In this document: positions 21,032-34,391 of the stretch, one piece after another | Numbering within the stretch: position 1 is the first letter of the stretch | Layout of the letters: every line of letters starts with the position of its first letter | Assembly: GCA_040758355.1 (NCBI GenBank) | Contig: JBFLWF010000009.1 | Location: 1-64,000, forward strand | Direction of reading: 5' to 3' | Length of the DNA: 64,000 nt | From: Nitrospirota bacterium | GTDB taxonomy: Bacteria > Nitrospirota > Thermodesulfovibrionia > Thermodesulfovibrionales > Dissulfurispiraceae | The notes under the pieces: model-generated | The model's database searches: none | The model's input: the letters and a program-made list of their open reading frames with translations, nothing else | What the model was told of the DNA's origin: nothing | Translations under genes and position numbers: made by a program

Positions 21032-22585
21032 TCTTTTAATCAGCAGCAACACCGAACAAACAATGCATAGATACGAAAATATATCCCCGTATTTCGTATA
21101 TGGGGCCAGTGTCCTGTCTGTTTTTATATCCTTAACCAAAGATGTCCTGTCAAACAATTTTGTTGTACCTACTATCCTTCCGCTGCTGTCGATAAATCCG
21201 GAGATCCCTGTATTTGCAGCCCTTATAACAGGTTTTCTGTTCTCTATGGCCCTGAACACGGCCATGCTGAAATGCTGATAAGGGCCGTGTGTTTTTCCAA
21301 ACCATGCATCGTTGGTGATGGTTACAATAAAGTCTCCCCCCCGGACATAAAACTTCCTGACAAGGCCAGGGAATATGATTTCGTAACAGATTAGCGTGCC
21401 GAAACTTCCGAAGGGGGTCACTGCCTTTATATAACTATCCCCGGGGATATAATCCCCTACGCCGACAACCAATTTATCAACAAAGAACAGGAGGTTTCTC
21501 AGGGGGACATACTCTCCGAAAGGAACTATATGTATTTTATCATAGATATATGAGATATTTCCATTTTTATCGAGGAGCACAGCGCTGTTGGTATACCCGG
21601 TTCCTGGCCTTGGGCTCCTTTTATTGTCTGTCTTCTGTTCCTTGGCCAGTACGCTCCCGAAGAGGAGGTAAGAATTCAACTGCTTCTGAAAGGAGACGAG
21701 ATTTTCTGTGAATTCCCTGTCTCTTCCAAAATAAAACGGGACGGAAGTCTCTGGCCACACAATAATATGTGGGTTGTCCCGGGACACAGCAAGGGAAAGT
21801 TCCTGATATGTGTTTATAACAGCATTCTGGTATGCGGGATCCCATTTCTTGTCCTGCTCTATATTGCCCTGAATTACAGCAGCCCTTATATTAAATCCAT
21901 CCCTTTTCTGGTTGAGTTTATAAAGGCCGTAGGAAAAGGTCGATAAAAGGGCTATAAAGAGTATTACAAAGCCGCTGATGGTTGGAATAAGGGAATAAAG
22001 GGGCCGCTCCAGCCTTCTCTTTTTTAACAAAAGGGCATCGGCAAAGGCGCCATTGATTGCCATCAAAAGGAAGGAGATGCCGTAAACGCCTGTGATATCC
22101 GCAACCTGTATGAATGCCAAAAACTTATACTGGCTGTAACCGAGACTTGACCATGGAAATCCGGTCATGGCATACGAACGGCCAAACTCAAGTACCGTCC
22201 AGAAGACCGGAGCCACAAGCATCACAGGCAGGTCGGTTTTTCTTATATACGACGAATATAAAAATGAAAACAGCGCAGGATAAAGGCTCAGGTAGAGGCA
22301 CAAGAGGAGGACTATCAGAATGCTCGGAACAAATGGTATGGAGCCGTACTTGTTTATAGAGTGGTAAATCCAGTAGGTTGTGCCGAAGAAATATACTATG
22401 CCAAAGAAAAGCCCTGCCTTAAATGCCTCTTTTTTATTTTTATCGTAAAGAAACACCAGCAAAGGTATGAGGGCAACCCATGCAAGGAGATAAAGGTCTA
22501 TCTTCGGAAAAGACAGAATGAGCAAAAGCCCTGATAATAGGGCAGGCCCGTAAAATTGATTGAATTTTGCCTTGAGATTGTCCAT
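21020..22585 (-). CDS. lnt: Apolipoprotein N-acyltransferase
   Basis: TM helices; GFPW, QGNI, WPET, K---VPFGEY, ICYE, TNDAWF and RAANTG motifs. Confidence 0.95.
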   Translation of the reverse strand: MDNLKAKFNQFYGPALLSGLLLILSFPKIDLYLLAWVALIPLLVFLYDKNKKEAFKAGLFFGIVYFFGTTYWIYHSINKYGSIPFVPSILIVLLLCLYLSLYPALFSFLYSSYIRKTDLPVMLVAPVFWTVLEFGRSYAMTGFPWSSLGYSQYKFLAFIQVADITGVYGISFLLMAINGAFADALLLKKRRLERPLYSLIPTISGFVILFIALLSTFSYGLYKLNQKRDGFNIRAAVIQGNIEQDKKWDPAYQNAVINTYQELSLAVSRDNPHIIVWPETSVPFYFGRDREFTENLVSFQKQLNSYLLFGSVLAKEQKTDNKRSPRPGTGYTNSAVLLDKNGNISYIYDKIHIVPFGEYVPLRNLLFFVDKLVVGVGDYIPGDSYIKAVTPFGSFGTLICYEIIFPGLVRKFYVRGGDFIVTITNDAWFGKTHGPYQHFSMAVFRAIENRKPVIRAANTGISGFIDSSGRIVGTTKLFDRTSLVKDIKTDRTLAPYTKYGDIFSYLCIVCSVLLLIKRISK

Positions 22586-22643
22586 AATGTTCTAAACCCT
22601 GTTATTTATTACTGCTGCCTTTTATGTTATCATAAAAAAAGTT

Positions 22644-25619
<2,976 letters not shown>

Positions 25620-26391
25620 TACTCTATCTCTATTTTCCCCCGCTTGTCTTTATGATTGATTTTTACCTTAGTTCCGAGTGATCTGGTTAATTTGTTTTCG
25701 AGGTCTGCAACCTCAGGTAATTTTTCGTTTTTCTTTTTCGGCTTTATCGGCTGGGATAACCTTTTGCATAAAGCCTCAGCCTCCCTTACGCTTAAGCCCT
25801 TTTTAATAATCTCCTTTGCAGCCTCTATCTGTTTCTGCCTGTTTTCTAATGTCAGCAATGCCTTTGCATGTCCGATGGATATGCTGTCATTGTTTATAAA
25901 TGCCTTAATTTCATCAGGAAGCTTCAGGATGCGGAGATAATTTGCTATGGTTGCCCTGTCCTTTCCAACCCTTTGTGAAAGCTCTTCCTGCGTCAGATTG
26001 AATTCCTTAAGAAGCCTGTTGAATGCCTCTGCAGTCTCAACTGCATTCAGTTCTTCTCGCTGGATATTTTCTATAAGGGCTATCTCTATTGCATCCTGCG
26101 AGGATACATCTTTTATGAGTGCAGGAATTTTTTTCAGGCCTGCTAATGTTGCAGCCCTCCATCTGCGCTCGCCTGCAATGAGCCTGAAAGTGCCGTCTCC
26201 AACACGGGATACAATCACTGGCTGGAGCACGCCCTTTTCTTTTATTGAGGCGGAAAGCTCTTTCAAAGCCTCGTCCTTAAATATCTTTCTCGGCTGATGC
26301 TGGTTGGGTATTATCTTTTCTATTTCGAGCCTGATGACCTCTTCACCTTTTTCAGGGAGCAGGGCCTCAAGCCCTTTGCCTAATGCAGCCT

Positions 26392-27150
26392 TCATTTTGC
26401 GAGCATCTCCTTTGCAAGGGATAGATAGCTCTGGGCGCCCTTTGAGCGGGCATCATAGAGGATTGCGGGTTTTCCATGGCTCGGCGCCTCGCCGAGTGAG
26501 ACATTCCTCGGTATAAGGGTATGATAGACCTTTTCCCTGAAGAATTTCCTGACCTCTTCTGCCACCTGATGAGAAAGGGTATTCCTTGCATCAAACATTG
26601 TCAGGAGTATTCCTTCGATATCCAGTGATGGATTAAAAGAGCCGCGCACAAGCTTAAGGGTCCGTGATAAAAGGCCGAGGCCTTCGAGGGAATAATACTC
26701 GCACTGCACAGGCACAATGACAGAATCAGCGGCAACAAGGCCGTTGAGCGTAAGCAGTCCAAGAGACGGAGGACAATCAATAAATATATAGCGGTAACTA
26801 TCTTTTATCCTTGCAATCGCATTTAACAGTATTTTCTCCCTTCCTTCTCTCTGGACAAGCTCCACTTCTACTCCGAGGAGGTCTATATTTGACGGGACGA
26901 TATGAAGGTGGGGAACCGATGTTCCGATAATTACCTCTTCTATAGGAAACTTCCCTGTATAGATGTCATATAGGCTTTTCTGCAAATCGTCCCTGTTTAT
27001 ACCGAGGCCGCTTGTTAGATTGCCTTGCGGGTCAGTGTCTATAACGAGTATATCTTTTTCAGCAAGGGCGAGCGATGCAGCAAGATTAAGGGTTGTTGTT
27101 GTCTTTCCTACTCCGCCTTTTTGATTGGCTATAACGATTGTCTTTCCCAT
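26392..27150 (-). CDS. parA: Chromosome partitioning ATPase ParA/Soj
   Basis: NQKGGVGKTT, DPQGN, DCPPSLG and EAPSHG motifs. Confidence 0.95.
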   Translation of the reverse strand: MGKTIVIANQKGGVGKTTTTLNLAASLALAEKDILVIDTDPQGNLTSGLGINRDDLQKSLYDIYTGKFPIEEVIIGTSVPHLHIVPSNIDLLGVEVELVQREGREKILLNAIARIKDSYRYIFIDCPPSLGLLTLNGLVAADSVIVPVQCEYYSLEGLGLLSRTLKLVRGSFNPSLDIEGILLTMFDARNTLSHQVAEEVRKFFREKVYHTLIPRNVSLGEAPSHGKPAILYDARSKGAQSYLSLAKEMLAK

Positions 27151-27171
27151 GGGTAATTTATTGTATCATTT

Positions 27172-28941
27172 TCAATGGATATTTTTCATAAACTCAATCC
27201 ATATGGGCAGAGCTGCCTTTGCACCGGCCTCTTTTGGGCCTATGGGCTTGTGGTTGTCCCTTCCAACCCATACGCCTACAATGAGCCTGTCATCAAAACC
27301 TATGAACCATGCATCCGAAAAGTCGTTTGTTGTTCCTGTCTTGCCGTAAACAACTCTCTTAATCTCCCTTGCCTTTGTTGCTGTTCCCATTTCGATAACC
27401 GCTCTCAACAGCACCTTCATCTTATCCACGGTCTCCGGCTCGAGAATACTCTCCGATGATGGAAAAGACTCTTCTAAAAGGGCGCCGTCCCTGTTGATTA
27501 TTTTTTCATAGGTAATGGGTTCGACCCTGTTGCCCGTGGCAAAAACACCGTAGGCAGACGTTAATTCCAGAAGGGTGACATCCGATGCGCCGAGGGCTAA
27601 TGGCAGATATGGCTGGAGAGTGCTTTTAATTCCGCATTTTTTTGCAATGTCAATTATGCTGTTAATCCCCACATCATTTGCAAGGCGAACTGTTGCCACA
27701 TTCAGCGAGAGGGCGAGGGCTGTTTTTAGCGGTACATATCCATGATATTCGCCGTCGTAATTTTTTGGAGACCAGAGTGTGTTCGGCCTTCCCCCTGGAA
27801 AGGATACAGGCTCGTCCAGTACTTCGTCGGATTCCGACATGCCGTTTTCGAGGGCAGCCATATAAACGAAGGGCTTAAATGCAGAGCCGGGCTGCCTCAA
27901 AGCCATGGTTGCCCTGTTAAACTGAGTCTCCCAAAAGTCGGTGCCGCCCACCAATGCTTTTATATGCCCGTTCCTCTGATCAACGGCTATCAACGCAGCC
28001 TGAATGCCCTTTTTTACGCGCTTCTCAATAGCATTTATTCCATTTGCCACAGCCTCTTCTGCAATTTTCTGCATATTATAGTCAATGGTTGAATATACCC
28101 TGAGACCGGATGTGTAAATGGCATTTCCGTACTTTGCCTCAAGGTTCTGCCTCACAACTTCCACAAAGTAAGGGGCCTCGTATTTTCTGTAAAACGGCTT
28201 GACAGGCAATGGCTCTGCATTTGCCCTTTCGTATTCTTCCCGGGATATAAATCCGCTCTGGAACATTTTTTTTAGAACGAGCTGTCTTCTCATGGATGCC
28301 TTTTCAGGGTTTTTGAAAGGCGAATACAGCGTGGGCGCCTTCTGCAGGCCTGCAAGCAGGGCAGCATCTGACAGCGATAATTCATTTGCGGATTTTCCGA
28401 AATAGGTCTGGGCAGCAGCCTCGATGCCATAAGCCCTCGTGCCAAAGTAAGCCTGATTCAGGTACATGCCCATTATCTCATCTTTTGTATATCGCTTCTC
28501 TATCTGGACGGATATGATTGCCTCTTTTATTTTCCTTGACAGGCTCTTTTCCGGTTTTAGAAAGAGCATCTTTGTAAGCTGCTGTGTGATGGTGCTTCCG
28601 CCTTCGACAATGCTTTGTGCCATAAGGTCTTTGTAGAGGGCGCGCAGGATTCCTATAATGTCCACACCCGGATGGGAATAGAATCTCTGGTCTTCGATAG
28701 CGATGAAAGCCCTTTTTATGCGGTCAGGGATATTGTAATGGGGAATGAAGTTTCTTCTTTCGAGATAGAGCTCGGCCAGAACCTTTCCGTCAGAGGAATA
28801 TACAAAAGAGGACTCGGATGGGGTGTAGCCTTCGAGGGATCTTACTTCAGGAAGGTCAGAAAGGCTCCAGTAAATAAATCCTCCGAATGCACCAATGGTT
28901 ACCGATAGAAGAACAACGATCAGAAGCTTTGACCAATGCAT
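27172..28941 (-). CDS. Class A penicillin-binding protein (PBP1A family)
   Basis: EDQRFY-H-G and GGSTITQQ glycosyltransferase motifs; SAFK, SLN and KTG transpeptidase motifs. Confidence 0.93.
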   Translation of the reverse strand: MHWSKLLIVVLLSVTIGAFGGFIYWSLSDLPEVRSLEGYTPSESSFVYSSDGKVLAELYLERRNFIPHYNIPDRIKRAFIAIEDQRFYSHPGVDIIGILRALYKDLMAQSIVEGGSTITQQLTKMLFLKPEKSLSRKIKEAIISVQIEKRYTKDEIMGMYLNQAYFGTRAYGIEAAAQTYFGKSANELSLSDAALLAGLQKAPTLYSPFKNPEKASMRRQLVLKKMFQSGFISREEYERANAEPLPVKPFYRKYEAPYFVEVVRQNLEAKYGNAIYTSGLRVYSTIDYNMQKIAEEAVANGINAIEKRVKKGIQAALIAVDQRNGHIKALVGGTDFWETQFNRATMALRQPGSAFKPFVYMAALENGMSESDEVLDEPVSFPGGRPNTLWSPKNYDGEYHGYVPLKTALALSLNVATVRLANDVGINSIIDIAKKCGIKSTLQPYLPLALGASDVTLLELTSAYGVFATGNRVEPITYEKIINRDGALLEESFPSSESILEPETVDKMKVLLRAVIEMGTATKAREIKRVVYGKTGTTNDFSDAWFIGFDDRLIVGVWVGRDNHKPIGPKEAGAKAALPIWIEFMKNIH

Positions 28942-28970
28942 ACGGATATTATAACTGATATACTATTTTT

Positions 28971-30734
28971 ATGACCTTAGAACTATCAAAAGTTCCTCGC
29001 AAGCCGGGTGTCTATATTTTTAAAGGCGTGAAGGAGAAGGTGCTCTATGTGGGCAAGGCAAAAAATCTGAGAAACCGCCTGAGGAGCTATTTTCAGGATT
29101 CTGCAAGCCTCGATCCGCGCAAGACAGCGATGGTCAGGATGGTTAAGGACTTTTCCTTTATTGCCACGGATAATGAATTAGAGGCGCTGATATTAGAAGC
29201 AAACCTCATAAAGCAATACAAACCCAAGTTTAATATCATCCTGAGAGATGATAAGAATTATCCCTACATCAAGCTGACTGTTACAGAACAATGGCCGAGG
29301 ATAGAGGTTGTGAGAAGAATAAAAAAGGACGGCAATCTATATTTCGGCCCTTATGTGCCTTCGCAGGCAATGTGGGAGGCACTCACTTTTATCAGAAGGA
29401 ATTTTTTAATCAGGACATGCGGGTATTCCCTCGATAAGCCTATGAGGCCATGCGTCCAGTACCAGATGAAGAGGTGCTCTGCTCCATGCGCAGGACTTAT
29501 CAGCAGGGAAGAATACAAGAAGATAATAGATGATGTAATCCTCTTTCTAAAAGGCGAAAAGAGGGAGTTGCTGCATCGGCTTGAAGAAAGGATGCAGAGG
29601 CTTTCGGATGAGATGAGATTTGAGGAGGCTGCAAAGATAAGGGACAGGGTATTCAAGCTCCAGAGGGCATTTGAGTCGCAAAAGGTTGTTTCTCCTGAAC
29701 TCGGGGATATAGATGTTATCGGTTATTGCAGAGAAGGCGATGACATAGCTGTAAATGTCTTATTCGTGAGAAACGGCACGCTCATAGGAGCGAAGGATTT
29801 CTTTTTGGAAAAGGTTCTGACATCAGACAATTCAGAGATGATGCACAGCGTTATAGAATTCTTCTACGCAAAGGAGATAATTCCGCCGGAAGTTATTCTG
29901 GTTAATGCAATGCCTGACAGTGCAAGGTCACTGAAGGCATGGCTTAAGAAAAAGAAAGGGGAGATCGTTAATATAGAGGTTCCTGCAGATGGAAAGAAAA
30001 TGGAACTCCTCCATATGGCAAATGAAAATGCAAGGCTTCATTTCGGGACAAAAAAGAAGTCCACTTTTGACGAGACCTTAAAAATATTGAAGGACAGATT
30101 GCATCTAATAAAAGTCCCTTCATCTATTGGAGCCTTTGATGTATCCACGATTCAGGGCAGCGAATCAGTAGGAGCGTTTATTTATTGGGAAAATGGTGAG
30201 TTCAAAAAGGATAATTACAGACATCTGAAAATAAAGGGCGTTCTTGGAGTTGATGACTATGCGATGATGCATGAGATTGTAGAACGCGTATTGAGAAAAG
30301 AACACTTAGTGCCAGACGTAATTGTCATAGATGGAGGCAAGGGGCAACTTGAGGTTGCAAGAAAAGTTATGGAGGATTTAGATATAAAGACCGATCTTAT
30401 CGCTGTTGCCAAAAAGCCTGACAGGGCATTTTTATTGAATGATGAAATTATAGACCTTGAGGACAGAAGCAAAGAATCTCTGCTTTTGAAAAAGATAAGG
30501 GATGAGGTTCACAGGTTTGCGATTTCTTTTCACAGGAAATTAAGGGATAAGAGATTGATGGAATCTCCTCTCGAAAAAATTCCCGGCATTGGTAAAAAAA
30601 GGAGGCTCGAACTCCTGCGCCATTTCGGAAGTCTTGAAAACATCCGCAAGGCAACAGTTGATGAGATTGCGAAGATTAAGGGGTTTAATAAGAAGATTGC
30701 GGAGAAGGTGAAGGAGGGGGTGAAGAAGGGTTGA
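28971..30734 (+). CDS. uvrC: Excinuclease ABC subunit C
   Basis: PGVY, YVGKAKNL--R, DDK-YPY, IDGGKGQ, RDEVHRFA and HhH motifs. Confidence 0.97.
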   Translation: MTLELSKVPRKPGVYIFKGVKEKVLYVGKAKNLRNRLRSYFQDSASLDPRKTAMVRMVKDFSFIATDNELEALILEANLIKQYKPKFNIILRDDKNYPYIKLTVTEQWPRIEVVRRIKKDGNLYFGPYVPSQAMWEALTFIRRNFLIRTCGYSLDKPMRPCVQYQMKRCSAPCAGLISREEYKKIIDDVILFLKGEKRELLHRLEERMQRLSDEMRFEEAAKIRDRVFKLQRAFESQKVVSPELGDIDVIGYCREGDDIAVNVLFVRNGTLIGAKDFFLEKVLTSDNSEMMHSVIEFFYAKEIIPPEVILVNAMPDSARSLKAWLKKKKGEIVNIEVPADGKKMELLHMANENARLHFGTKKKSTFDETLKILKDRLHLIKVPSSIGAFDVSTIQGSESVGAFIYWENGEFKKDNYRHLKIKGVLGVDDYAMMHEIVERVLRKEHLVPDVIVIDGGKGQLEVARKVMEDLDIKTDLIAVAKKPDRAFLLNDEIIDLEDRSKESLLLKKIRDEVHRFAISFHRKLRDKRLMESPLEKIPGIGKKRRLELLRHFGSLENIRKATVDEIAKIKGFNKKIAEKVKEGVKKG

Positions 30735-30753
30735 TGCCTGATAATTTAGGCAT
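30730..30753 (-). pseudogene. Remnant of a hicA toxin gene (first 8 codons)
   Basis: ATG overlapping the hicB 3' end encodes MPKLSGIN, a HicA-like start, then runs into the uvrC antisense strand. Confidence 0.45.
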
Positions 30754-30946
30754 GAGCTACTTCAACATAACGGCTTTCTTTATTTTTGGTCAATTTATCA
30801 ACTGTCTCTAAATAAGATTCTATCGCATCTTTAATGTTTTCCAGAGCCTCATCTTCTGTTTTACCCTGAGACCAACAGCCGGGAAGACCAGGAACCCATA
30901 CAGAATAGCCTTCTTCTGTTTTTTTGAGATTTACTTTATACCTCAT
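30746..30946 (-). CDS. hicB: HicB-family antitoxin
   Basis: GY-V-VPGLPGCWSQG-T--EAL-NI-DAI motif. Confidence 0.9.
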   Translation of the reverse strand: MRYKVNLKKTEEGYSVWVPGLPGCWSQGKTEDEALENIKDAIESYLETVDKLTKNKESRYVEVAHA

Positions 30947-31074
30947 AAATACCCCCACGCGGTTTTAGAGTGATGTCTTATTTTATCTTAATAAAGGCTT
31001 AACTTCAAACTTTCTATTCCGCCCCCTACGGCTGCCATAGAAAAATCGGGTGTTTTGATATAGAATAAAATGTA

Positions 31075-31271
31075 GAGGCTGTTTAATAGCTAAGACTGGT
31101 TTAGGGCGTTATTCCTGCGAAAGCAGGAATCCAGAAAAATGAAAAATCATTAGAAAACAACTGGATTCCCGTTTTCACGGGAATGACAGAATTGCGGTAA
31201 AAGCAAATTTAATATACTCTCGAATTCTGAATTCTTGTTTTTCAAGGCTTCGTGAGTTATTGAACAGGCTC
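31075..31271. mobile_element. MITE-like element with imperfect terminal inverted repeats and internal paired ATTCC-N-GGAAT palindromes
   Basis: Ends GAGGCTGTTTAATAGCT / AGTTATTGAACAGGCTC; internal GTTATTCCTGCGAAAGCAGGAATCCAG ... CTGGATTCCCGTTTTCACGGGAATGAC. Confidence 0.65.
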
Positions 31272-31296
31272 ATGTAAGTCGAGGAGGTATGAGAAA

Positions 31297-31548
31297 ATGC
31301 AAAAACAGCAAACAGCAGATTTATTGGACAGAATCACTGTTAACCCTGATGTGATGGTTGGCAAGCCTACGACCCGGGGGTTAAGAATAACTGTTGAGCA
31401 AATACTGAAGGCCCTTGCAGGCGGCATAACAGTCGAAGAATTATTGGAGGACTATCCCGAACTCGAAAGAGAGGATATTCAGGCGGTTCTGCTATACGCC
31501 TCCGAGAGAATCAGCGAAGAACAGGTTTTTGCCGTTAACGCAGGATAA
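31297..31548 (+). CDS. DUF433-domain protein (antitoxin-like)
   Basis: RI--NP-V--GKP--RG-RI-V...EELL-DYP-L--EDI motif. Confidence 0.9.
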   Translation: MQKQQTADLLDRITVNPDVMVGKPTTRGLRITVEQILKALAGGITVEELLEDYPELEREDIQAVLLYASERISEEQVFAVNAG

Positions 31549-31634
31549 AAAATAAGTTTTGCGTATTTCAGGATAAAAAACTCAGAATATCCCGTGCATA
31601 AAAAACAAGAACTTTTTAAATATAAGGAGACACG

Positions 31635-32567
31635 ATGAACATTTATATTTCCGGCTCGATGGCGTATGACAGGATTATGGACTTTCCGGGGAAGTTCTCC
31701 GACCATATCCTGCCTGATAAAATACACATCCTGAATGTCTGCTTTACCGTAAACGGCATGATCGAGAAATTCGGAGGCACTGCGGGAAACATTGCCTATT
31801 CCTTAAGCCTTCTTGGAGAAAAGCCCATAGTCATAGCAACTATAGGAAAGGACTATGACAGGTATTTTGAATGGTTAAAGAAAAATAACATTTCCACCGA
31901 AGGCATCAAAATAATTAATGAAGAATTCACCGCAGGGGCTTATATAACAACGGACAGGGCAGACAACCAGATAACAGGATTTAATCCCGGAGCAATGAAG
32001 TATCAATCAGAATATGATTTTAAAAATCCTGAATCAAAGGACTCGGCAGTCATCATCGGGCCAGGCAATCTTCAGGACATGAAAGAATATGCAAAGAAAG
32101 CCAAAAGCAAAGGTATCAAGTGCATCTGCGACCCAGGTCAATCTCTCACACAATGGGACGGCAATTCTCTCAGGGAATGGGTTGACGGCTCATATATGTT
32201 GATTACCAATGATTATGAGCTTGAGCTTGTTATGAAGATGACAGGAATGGACAAAAAAGGTCTTTTAGGAATGACGAAAACAATTGTTACAACACTCGGA
32301 GAAAAGGGCTCTCTTATTAGCACTTCTGATGGCGATATGCAAATACCTGCGGCCAAGATTTCAGAGATTCTTGACCCGACAGGCGCAGGAGACGCTTATA
32401 GGGCAGGGCTGATTAAAGGGCTTGCAATGGGCAAGAACATCGAGACTGCTGCAAAAATGGGAGCGGTTGCCGCTGCCTACGCGATAGAGAAATACGGCAC
32501 TCAGGAGCATTGTTTTACTTATAATGAATTTGTAGAAAGGTACAGGAGCAATTTTGGAGAGCTGTGA
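31635..32567 (+). CDS. PfkB-family carbohydrate kinase (adenosine kinase-like)
   Basis: GSMAYD-IM, FGGTAGNIAY, DPGQ, NDYE and DPTGAGDAY motifs. Confidence 0.9.
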   Translation: MNIYISGSMAYDRIMDFPGKFSDHILPDKIHILNVCFTVNGMIEKFGGTAGNIAYSLSLLGEKPIVIATIGKDYDRYFEWLKKNNISTEGIKIINEEFTAGAYITTDRADNQITGFNPGAMKYQSEYDFKNPESKDSAVIIGPGNLQDMKEYAKKAKSKGIKCICDPGQSLTQWDGNSLREWVDGSYMLITNDYELELVMKMTGMDKKGLLGMTKTIVTTLGEKGSLISTSDGDMQIPAAKISEILDPTGAGDAYRAGLIKGLAMGKNIETAAKMGAVAAAYAIEKYGTQEHCFTYNEFVERYRSNFGEL

Positions 32568-33643
32568 TTAACGAAGATGCAATAAAATCCTACCTTAAGA
32601 ATAAGTTTAAAGATGCCGATATATTCATCACAAAGCTCGGCGCTGGCGTTCACGGCGCCGGCTTCCTCATAGAGATTCAGACGACTGAAGGAATTAAGCA
32701 GTATGTCATAAAAGGACTTTTCCCTGAGGGCTTGGGGCATGATTATCCATCGGACAGGGCGCAGGTCTTCTTACTCGACCTCGAAACATACGAGAGACTT
32801 CCAAAGCATGCAAAGGCAGTAGATGTGCTTGCAGAGATGGAGGATGGCTCAATAAAGTCTATTGGCGGCGGGAAGGAATATTATCTGTTGATGGAGAGGG
32901 TCGAGGGAATAGATTATTTCAATGACCTGAGAGAGTTTTCCAAAAAAGAAAGGCTTGAACCTTCAGACATCGAAAAAATAAAGGCAATGACATCTTATCT
33001 GGCAGATATCCATTCTGTGAAAAAAGATTCCCGTTCCCTATACTGGAGAAAAATGAGGGACATTATAGGGCATGGTGAATGCCTGATGGGGGTGTTTGAT
33101 ATATACCCTGACAGGACTTTAAGCTATGAGGAGATGGCAGAAATAGAAAAGATGTGCGTGGATTGGAGGGCAAAACTAAAACCCAAGACCCATCGACTGT
33201 GTCAGATTCACGGAGATTTTCATCCGGGAAATATATGGTTCAAAGAAGCCAGCAGTCAGCAATCAGCGGTCAGCAGTCAGGGAAGTATAGACTTTGTCTT
33301 GCTCGACCGAAGCAGAGGGCCTTATGGTGATGCAGCAGACGATGTTACTGCCCTTTGCATTAACTATATATTTTTCTCTCTTATGTATCATGGAGAGATA
33401 AAAGGGGCGTATCGCGAAGGTCTTAATCTGTTTTTCGAAGAGTACATCAAACAGACGAAGGATAATGAATTGTTCGAGGTGCTCGCTCCGTTCTTTGCTT
33501 TCAGAGGCATTGTTGTTGCCAATCCAGTATTTTATCCTGAATTGAGCGATGATGCGCGAAATAAGATATTCAGGTTTGTTAAGAGTGTGCTTTCATCAGA
33601 AAGGTTTGATACGAGTAAAGTTAATTGCTATATAGCTAATTAG
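32564..33643 (+). CDS. Aminoglycoside-phosphotransferase-like kinase
   Basis: HGDFHPGN and LLDRSRG motifs; contains a (CAGCAGT)n insertion. Confidence 0.8.
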   Translation: MINEDAIKSYLKNKFKDADIFITKLGAGVHGAGFLIEIQTTEGIKQYVIKGLFPEGLGHDYPSDRAQVFLLDLETYERLPKHAKAVDVLAEMEDGSIKSIGGGKEYYLLMERVEGIDYFNDLREFSKKERLEPSDIEKIKAMTSYLADIHSVKKDSRSLYWRKMRDIIGHGECLMGVFDIYPDRTLSYEEMAEIEKMCVDWRAKLKPKTHRLCQIHGDFHPGNIWFKEASSQQSAVSSQGSIDFVLLDRSRGPYGDAADDVTALCINYIFFSLMYHGEIKGAYREGLNLFFEEYIKQTKDNELFEVLAPFFAFRGIVVANPVFYPELSDDARNKIFRFVKSVLSSERFDTSKVNCYIAN

Positions 33644-34343
33644 ATTTAGTATTACCTGTGCCTACTTTTATATAATTTCCCCAGATTAAGAATAATTCCT
33701 TTGTAGCCCTGAGATCTCCTGCACAATACCGCGCAATATCCACATAGCGGCCTGATTTAAAGAGGTCTTTTACCTCATAACCCGTTATTACTTCGCCTGA
33801 TTCATTGGCTGATTTCGGGCTCTTTATATTAAATGTTTTGCACCACATATCGAGGCTGAATCTTCTCTTTGATGCACCGTAAAATGTTAACTGGTCGAGG
33901 AGGTCTATGTGTGCGCTATTATATCTGTTTGGCATCAAATCCCTTGTGGGTTTTATCTTGTTTACTGCCGAGCGGATCATGATAAAAGGGCAGTCAAAGC
34001 CCCTGCCATTGAAGGTAATAAACTGATCGCATGTCTTTATGGCATTCCAGAATTTCTGGAGCATCTCTGCCTCTGTCCCGCATTCATATCTAATGCCGTC
34101 TTCTTCGAAGGGCAGGAGCATGTCTCCTGGTGTCTGGAAATATACAGCGCCTTTGTTTGAATCCGGGTTGAGCATTCCTATGGCAACTATCTCGCCTGTG
34201 AGGGGATAGAAAGAGAGGCTTTCTCTGACCCTCTCTTCTTCCTCTTCTGTCTCAGCCCATTTCAAGAGATATTCCTGCGTTGACGGGTCGAGGGAGTCGA
34301 AATCCACCCCAACCGTTTCTATATCGAAGATTATTTTACTCAT
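33636..34343 (-). CDS. PolB-type 3'-5' exonuclease domain protein (DEDD)
   Basis: FDIET, FNGRGFD, HIDLLD and YC--D motifs. Confidence 0.85.
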   Translation of the reverse strand: MSKIIFDIETVGVDFDSLDPSTQEYLLKWAETEEEEERVRESLSFYPLTGEIVAIGMLNPDSNKGAVYFQTPGDMLLPFEEDGIRYECGTEAEMLQKFWNAIKTCDQFITFNGRGFDCPFIMIRSAVNKIKPTRDLMPNRYNSAHIDLLDQLTFYGASKRRFSLDMWCKTFNIKSPKSANESGEVITGYEVKDLFKSGRYVDIARYCAGDLRATKELFLIWGNYIKVGTGNTKSN

Positions 34344-34352
34344 CTCGTCACC

Positions 34353-34391
34353 GGGGGTTTCGTAAGGGGGACATTGTCCCCCTTACGAGTT
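34353..34391. repeat. REP-like hairpin, copy 1
   Basis: TCGTAAGGGGGAC-ATT-GTCCCCCTTACGA; homologous to 43328-43366. Confidence 0.7.
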
